Positions 58,727 through 64,000 of a stretch of 64,000 nucleotides of DNA are shown here, piece after piece. Position 1 is the stretch's first letter, and every line of letters starts with the position of its first letter. The notes under the pieces were generated by a model that was given only the letters and a program-made list of their open reading frames with translations, ran no database searches and was not told the DNA's origin. Origin of the DNA: Poseidonia sp. (lineage in GTDB: Archaea; Thermoplasmatota; Poseidoniia; Poseidoniales; Poseidoniaceae); contig JBMSEL010000007.1 of NCBI GenBank assembly GCA_049412325.1, forward strand, positions 4,626-68,625, given 5' to 3'. Made by a program: the position numbers and the translations under genes.

Positions 58727-61447
58727 TTGGAGAATTTCATGGCGGGTTCGGAGGAGGGGGAAGTGTTTCTTTCCCTCGAGGACGACTTCCCTGCTGAATC
58801 CCCCGCCAGGACCGTGGGTTCAACCGACGGCAAGGCCGTCAACGCAGAGGACCCAGCACCCTCAAACGAACCAACCAGTGAGGACACGCCCGTGATCGAG
58901 GCGGACCTCGTTGACACCAGCGTGTTAACCGATGCCACCGGCTCCTACACGGTCAGTTGGCCCATTTTGGGCATGGACTGCCCCGATTGTGCTAGCAAAG
59001 CCACCCGTGCCATGAATCAGATGAAGCAGGTATCCAACCCCAATGTCTCGGTCACCTCGGGTGAAGTCAGGTTTGACATCGACCTTGAACTCGGCCCGCT
59101 GTTTGAGATCTCGTCCGTGCTGCGTTCCCTCGGCCATGCACCCGACGTGGAACATCACGAACTCGTCGGCGTGAAAGCCTCCGCAGTTGCACAACGCAAC
59201 GGCGTTCCCGTGCAACGTCTCGACCGTGTCATTCGACGTCAACCCGGGGTGTTGGACGTGGAAATTTCAGATGATGACCGCATTCTCTTGCAGTTGGTTG
59301 TGACCAGCGACAAAGCCCTCTTGGATTCACGACGCCAAGGACTTGAAGCGGTGCTCGGCCGCCCTCCTGAGTTTTCCAAAGCCACCTCCAATCGGGTTCG
59401 TCCCGACCAATGGCGCCTCATTGGCGGTGGTATTGCCCTCCCCGTACTCATCATCGTGATGGCGGCCGAATTGCTGGGCTACCATGGGCCGCTGATTCCC
59501 GTGTTGGCTGCTCCGGGCGTGGCCATCGGTGGAATTCAAATGTTCAAAGAGGCCTACGGTTCCCTCCGAAGTTTCCAGATGGGGTTCCAAGTCCTCACCA
59601 GCCTTGCCGTGATCGGTGCGTGTATTCTCGGCATGTGGGAAGAAGCCCTCATCGTCACCATCTTGGTGGCGTTCACCGTTCATCTCGAAGGCGATGCTCT
59701 CCTCAAGGCACGTGAAGCCATGCAGGGCGGACTTGACCGCTTGCCCCGAACCGCACGCAAGGTCAACAAATCACCGGCATTTTCCTTGAAGAACGTCGCC
59801 TCCATTGGCGCTGCCCCAACGACCTTTGCCCTTCCGATGGCCACAGGACCCACCTTGGCGCCCGGTCATGACGAGGAGGAAAACGTCGTTCCCATCGACC
59901 TCATTCATCCGGGCGACCACATTGAGATTCGAAGCGGCGAGCTCATTCCAGCCGACGGCCGGATCGTTGAGGGAACGGGAGCGCTCAACAAGGCCCCACT
60001 CACCGGTGAATCGGTGCCCGTTGACGTTGGCGTTGGTGATGTCATTGAAGCCGGGCTGGTCTTGGCGCAGGGACCGGTCGTTTGCGAAGTCCTCGCGGTG
60101 GGCGACAACACACGCCTTTCCGGGCTCATCGATGCGGTCCACACCTTCCGAGAAGTCCCCCCACGACTTCACAGCGGCATTGAGAAATTCACCGCCATCT
60201 GGGTCCCGTTGGTGCTCTTTGGTGCCTTTGCTGTCTGGTACTTCGCTTTCCCAGATGACTGGAAAATCATCCTTCTGCTGTGGGTTGTCTCCTGCCCGTG
60301 TGCCCTCCTGCTCGCCACGCCTGTTCCTCACGCTGCCGCCCTCTCCAACGCTGCGCAGAGCGGGGCGGTTGTCCGAGGTGGCGACGCATTGGAGCGAATG
60401 GCGAATGTGAATCACATTCTGCTTGACAAGACCGGAACCCTGACCTCCGGCAAACCCAAGATCGGGACCATCGTTCTTGGAAAAGGCCGGCGAATGAAAT
60501 CAGCCCTGCAAGTCATGATGGGGCTCGAAGCCCGATCCAACCACCCCTATGCCTTGAGCATCTTGGAGCATGGCCAAACCGAAGGCATCGAGGCGGCCAG
60601 CATCAAGGGGCTGACCGACATTGATGCCGGTGTGGCTGGAAAGCACGGCACGGCCGACGTGGCGTTTATTCGACCGGACAAGGCTGAAGCCATGGGCGTC
60701 GCCGTTGAAGAGCGGTTGCTCGAAGCCTTTGAGGCGGCCAAAGCCGTGGGGCACGGTGCGAGCCTGTTGGTGAAAGACAAGACGGGTATTGCGCTGGCGA
60801 CCTTCGTTCACGATGATACCCGTGACGGTTCGATGGAACTCATCAGCGCCATGCGTGAGCGAAACATCAACGTGGAAATTCTCTCCGGAGACCACCAGCA
60901 AGCCGTTTCGGAATTTGCACGCTCCGTTGGACTTCCAGAAAGTTCAGCCCACGGTGGCTTGAGTCCCGAGGAAAAGGTCCAGTGGGTTCAGGCCCGTTCA
61001 AGTTCGCACGTGACCATGATGGTGGGCGATGGATTCAACGATGCTGCAGCCCTTGCCGTGGCCGACGTAGGGGTCGCCATCGGTACAGGAGAATCGGTCA
61101 ACCTCGAGGCGGCCGATGTCCTCATCCCCGGTGATGACCCTCGGCTGCTTACCGACATGATCGACCTGGCGCGCCAAGCCCAACGAACCTTGATGCAAAA
61201 CCTGTTTTTCTCTGTCTTCATCACCGTAACCTTGGTGTTCGCTGTGATTCAACAGTGGTACGACCAACTTTGGGTTGGTGTGTTGATTCACGAACTCTCG
61301 GTGATCATCGTCATTCTCAACGGTGCGCGATTGGCACAAAACGGACAGTCGTTTGAACTCCTCAAACAAACGCTCAGTACGATGGTGGACGACACAAAAC
61401 TTGCTTTTTCCACCTTGAGAGCCCGCTATTTCCCCGCCAAAAGCTGA
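58727..61447 (+). CDS. Heavy-metal (Cu/Zn/Cd-type) translocating P1B-type ATPase with an N-terminal HMA domain
   Basis: HMA CxxC (GMDCPDCASK), a TM CPC motif (VVSCPCALLLATP), DKTGTLT phosphorylation site and GDGFNDAAAL hinge. Confidence 0.9.
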   Translation: MENFMAGSEEGEVFLSLEDDFPAESPARTVGSTDGKAVNAEDPAPSNEPTSEDTPVIEADLVDTSVLTDATGSYTVSWPILGMDCPDCASKATRAMNQMKQVSNPNVSVTSGEVRFDIDLELGPLFEISSVLRSLGHAPDVEHHELVGVKASAVAQRNGVPVQRLDRVIRRQPGVLDVEISDDDRILLQLVVTSDKALLDSRRQGLEAVLGRPPEFSKATSNRVRPDQWRLIGGGIALPVLIIVMAAELLGYHGPLIPVLAAPGVAIGGIQMFKEAYGSLRSFQMGFQVLTSLAVIGACILGMWEEALIVTILVAFTVHLEGDALLKAREAMQGGLDRLPRTARKVNKSPAFSLKNVASIGAAPTTFALPMATGPTLAPGHDEEENVVPIDLIHPGDHIEIRSGELIPADGRIVEGTGALNKAPLTGESVPVDVGVGDVIEAGLVLAQGPVVCEVLAVGDNTRLSGLIDAVHTFREVPPRLHSGIEKFTAIWVPLVLFGAFAVWYFAFPDDWKIILLLWVVSCPCALLLATPVPHAAALSNAAQSGAVVRGGDALERMANVNHILLDKTGTLTSGKPKIGTIVLGKGRRMKSALQVMMGLEARSNHPYALSILEHGQTEGIEAASIKGLTDIDAGVAGKHGTADVAFIRPDKAEAMGVAVEERLLEAFEAAKAVGHGASLLVKDKTGIALATFVHDDTRDGSMELISAMRERNINVEILSGDHQQAVSEFARSVGLPESSAHGGLSPEEKVQWVQARSSSHVTMMVGDGFNDAAALAVADVGVAIGTGESVNLEAADVLIPGDDPRLLTDMIDLARQAQRTLMQNLFFSVFITVTLVFAVIQQWYDQLWVGVLIHELSVIIVILNGARLAQNGQSFELLKQTLSTMVDDTKLAFSTLRARYFPAKS

Positions 61448-61515
61448 ATGAATTTGATTCGGTTTGACACGACATCTTCAAACCATAGAAGCCTTTCTTA
61501 CCAAACGGTGAGCGA

Positions 61516-62028
61516 ATGGGAAGAGTACGCGGCGACCCCATCACCACCGCTCTTGCTCACCCGACACGCCGTGGTGCCTATGTTGAATTGGCCCAGGCCG
61601 AAGAGATGAGCACCGTACAGCTGCAGAAAGCGTTGGGCGTTGACCGGTACAACCTGTACCACCACCTGAAGAAACTCGCATCCCTTGACCTCATTGAAAA
61701 CCATCGAGACGAAGGCCGTGCACGATGGTGGCGCAAGAACCTCCATGTCGACCTCCCTGAACTGCTCAATGCCTCTGCAGCGCCTGCTGTATCTGCAGCA
61801 CCCCGTGCACCTGCGCCGCAGCCTCCGGTAGCATCTCGAACCACCTTGGCCTCGTTAGCGGTCGATGAAGAGGGACGAGAGGTCATCGTGCTTGACCTGG
61901 AAGGTTCCCGCGACCAAGTTAGCGCCAAACAACTGATTGTTCGCCTTTCCGAGGAATTTGGATTGACCCTCGACGTACCGTGGAACTTCATCCCCGAGCA
62001 ACTCGTTCTCTACTCCAAGAAGAAGTGA
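61516..62028 (+). CDS. Winged-helix (ArsR-like) transcriptional regulator with a C-terminal extension, downstream of the metal ATPase
   Basis: LAHPTRRGAYVELAQAEEMSTVQLQKALGVDRYNLYHHLKKLASLDLIENHRDEGRARWW matches ArsR/SmtB HTH topology. Confidence 0.55.
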   Translation: MGRVRGDPITTALAHPTRRGAYVELAQAEEMSTVQLQKALGVDRYNLYHHLKKLASLDLIENHRDEGRARWWRKNLHVDLPELLNASAAPAVSAAPRAPAPQPPVASRTTLASLAVDEEGREVIVLDLEGSRDQVSAKQLIVRLSEEFGLTLDVPWNFIPEQLVLYSKKK

Positions 62029-62032
62029 TTCC

Positions 62033-62425
62033 ATGGTTGAGGAACTGAGCGTGGAATCCAAGGTGGCCCCGCCACCACTTTCCTGTCCCAAATGCACTGG
62101 ACTTCTACCCTCAGGCTTGGGCGAACTCCAGTGCACGCTGTGCGAAGCTCGGGTCCGCGTGGACCACCCAGCCACACGTCGAAAATGGAAGGAGGAGAAA
62201 TTGTCCTGTCCCGAATGCTCGAAGGTGCTCGTGGCAGGTGTGGACACTCGCCCGGCCGACCTCAAATGCGGTTCATGTGATTCATACTTCACACTCAAGG
62301 CGAACGTGCCAAGGGTCGAGATCGAATGCCCTGGGTGTCATCGCAATCTCAGGATGAAACGCCGACCAGGAAAACGCGAGATTTCCTGCCCTGCGTGCGA
62401 CAAGGAATTCACGGTTCGATTTTGA
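62033..62425 (+). CDS. Triple zinc-ribbon protein (130 aa, six CxxC pairs)
   Basis: CPKC...CTLC, CPEC...CGSC and CPGC...CPAC. Begins 5 nt after the regulator stop. Confidence 0.5.
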   Translation: MVEELSVESKVAPPPLSCPKCTGLLPSGLGELQCTLCEARVRVDHPATRRKWKEEKLSCPECSKVLVAGVDTRPADLKCGSCDSYFTLKANVPRVEIECPGCHRNLRMKRRPGKREISCPACDKEFTVRF

Positions 62426-62532
62426 GGGACTCCGTGCCTCCGTAAGGGTGGAAAAAGCGCGTGCTACGCCCATGGCTTCGTCGCGCTCCTTATCTATGAA
62501 GAGAAGTCCATGAAGAAGTGGATGGGATTCCA

Positions 62533-64000
62533 ATGGGTATGAGCGAAAGCCATGACGGTGAGGCTTTTGATGCGGCGCACGCAGGCCACGAGGCCACCGA
62601 ACGCATCACACTTGCTTCGTTGCGGTCCCAATTTACCTCCACTGACACCTCAACCCTTGACGAAGCGATGGGGACCCGGGCTCGATTCCGCCAAGAGGAA
62701 CGGCTGAGAGCCGATCTCCGTCGGGAGCGTCGCCTCCGCCAACAAGCGATCACCGAACGTGTGAACGCCATGAAGGCGAACATTGCCAAGGACCTCGCCA
62801 CCCAGCATGAACTGACCCTCGATGCCCTTGAGAATGAACTGCGTGGCACGATGGAAGCGGAACTCGAAACGATGGAACGGGACGCCCTGGCGGCTGAAGA
62901 ATCCCGCATCCGGCATGAACTTGACCTCCGACTTGACCGTCAAGTCCAAGCCCTCCACGAAAAGTACGGCGTTGAACAGCATCAACATCTCGAGACGCGA
63001 AAGGCTGAGATGAAATCCAACATCGAAACCCAACTCCACGAGGAATACGATCGCAGACTGGCCATTCAAAAAGAACGGTTGCGCTTGGACTACAACCAAG
63101 CCCTCCAACTGCGCCTTCGAGACATCGAGGCTAACCTCGAAGAAGAAATGGAGCGCCGATTTGTTGAGATGGAGGGTTTGGAAATCAGCCGCCTTGAAGA
63201 GGGGCATGAGGCGCTTTTATCCGAGCGAGAGGAACAACTCCGCCGAGGCATTCGTACCCGTCTTGAACAACAACTTCGTCAGCGCCTCAAGCAACGTGAA
63301 GCCCGCCTCAAGGTGGAATATGAGCGTCGTAGCCTCCGCCTCGAGGAAGACATCGCTCAGCAACTTCAACAGGACATCGAGCAGCAGCTCCGTCGTGAAA
63401 CCGACGACCTTGAAGAGCGTATGCGAGAGGATGTTGAATTGGCCATCGCCAAACGCCGCGACGAATTGCGAGGTCAAATCGAGGCACAGCTCAACGAACA
63501 ACAAGCCGAACGATTAGCGGAGCGAAAGGCACGTCTCAAGGCCAAGTACGACCTGACGTTCAGCAAAGCCATTGATGACATTTCTCGAAGCCTACAAACC
63601 GAGATTGAGGCCGAACTTGAACATCGCAAGGAGAACGAATTCGCCTCCTACAGGCATGCTCGTGAGGCGGAAATCCAAAACCGATTATCCAGGTATCGCT
63701 ATGAGCGAGAAGCCGAGTTGCGTGAACAACTCGAGGCTCAGTACGACGTCAGCAAACAGGATTGGACAGAACGATTGGACCTTGAATTCCAATCCAGAGA
63801 AGCCGCAGCTCGCAAGGCGATCATGTCTGAAGTGGATGCCCAACTTCGCAACGAACGACTGACCCATGAGACAGACCTTGACTTGCTCAAAGAGGAAACC
63901 GCCCTCGAATTGGAGGTCGAAATGGAGGAACGGCTTCAAGCCTTCAAGTCCCGCAAAGAAGAGGAAGTCGCCACACAACTCGAACGCCAACTCGACAAGC
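62533..64000 (+). CDS. Long coiled-coil protein, 5'-partial view (no stop within the window, more than 489 aa)
   Basis: Open frame from ATG 62533 to the window end, not in the ORF track because it is incomplete. Extremely E/R/L/Q-rich heptad-like sequence (RLRADLRRERRLRQQAITERV...). Confidence 0.55.
   Translation, partial: MGMSESHDGEAFDAAHAGHEATERITLASLRSQFTSTDTSTLDEAMGTRARFRQEERLRADLRRERRLRQQAITERVNAMKANIAKDLATQHELTLDALENELRGTMEAELETMERDALAAEESRIRHELDLRLDRQVQALHEKYGVEQHQHLETRKAEMKSNIETQLHEEYDRRLAIQKERLRLDYNQALQLRLRDIEANLEEEMERRFVEMEGLEISRLEEGHEALLSEREEQLRRGIRTRLEQQLRQRLKQREARLKVEYERRSLRLEEDIAQQLQQDIEQQLRRETDDLEERMREDVELAIAKRRDELRGQIEAQLNEQQAERLAERKARLKAKYDLTFSKAIDDISRSLQTEIEAELEHRKENEFASYRHAREAEIQNRLSRYRYEREAELREQLEAQYDVSKQDWTERLDLEFQSREAAARKAIMSEVDAQLRNERLTHETDLDLLKEETALELEVEMEERLQAFKSRKEEEVATQLERQLDK

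Noticed and set aside
1-64000. CRISPR arrays, tRNA/rRNA genes, transposases or integrases
   Set aside because: No regularly spaced direct repeats with unique spacers. No cloverleaf-sized conserved segments in the few intergenic gaps. No recombinase or transposase motifs among the ORFs.

Overview
High-GC (~60%) gene-dense window that reads as archaeal and is mostly core metabolism and housekeeping: a group II chaperonin (thermosome), HMG-CoA synthase, threonine dehydrogenase, CTP synthase, Sir2/CobB, ThrRS, aspartate carbamoyltransferase with a separate PyrI, a TtuA/Ncs6 tRNA thiolase, CDC48, an NAD-type aldehyde dehydrogenase, succinate dehydrogenase (sdhC-like, sdhA, sdhB), aconitase, a membrane cyclophilin, 2-oxoacid:ferredoxin oxidoreductase (korAB), polyphosphate glucokinase, a HAD phosphatase and a CPC-type heavy-metal P-type ATPase. 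A possible lineage is Thermoplasmatota / marine-group-II-like, with low confidence. No rRNA, tRNA, CRISPR array or transposase was recognised. Six accessory loci look non-standard: (i) a Gar1-like H/ACA core domain fused to two RanBP2-type zinc fingers and a long RGG/Gly-Arg-rich tail (a eukaryote FUS/Gar1-like architecture) encoded by 33-bp tandem DNA repeats; (ii) a roadblock/LC7 gene translationally coupled to a 1063-aa multi-roadblock plus coiled-coil protein and a small membrane protein; (iii) a DUF4350-like / DUF58 / polytopic-membrane operon with no MoxR ATPase, sitting beside a PRC-barrel gene and CDC48; (iv) a ~2,230-aa surface protein with FG-GAP-like repeats, a C-terminal TM anchor and a Q/Y/A-rich low-complexity cytoplasmic tail; (v) a long AT-rich intergenic island and GC-rich CCCC-NTA-GGGG palindromes at two gene starts; (vi) several long coiled-coil or membrane-anchored hypothetical proteins. 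All coordinates follow the supplied ORF track; internal start choices are inferences.
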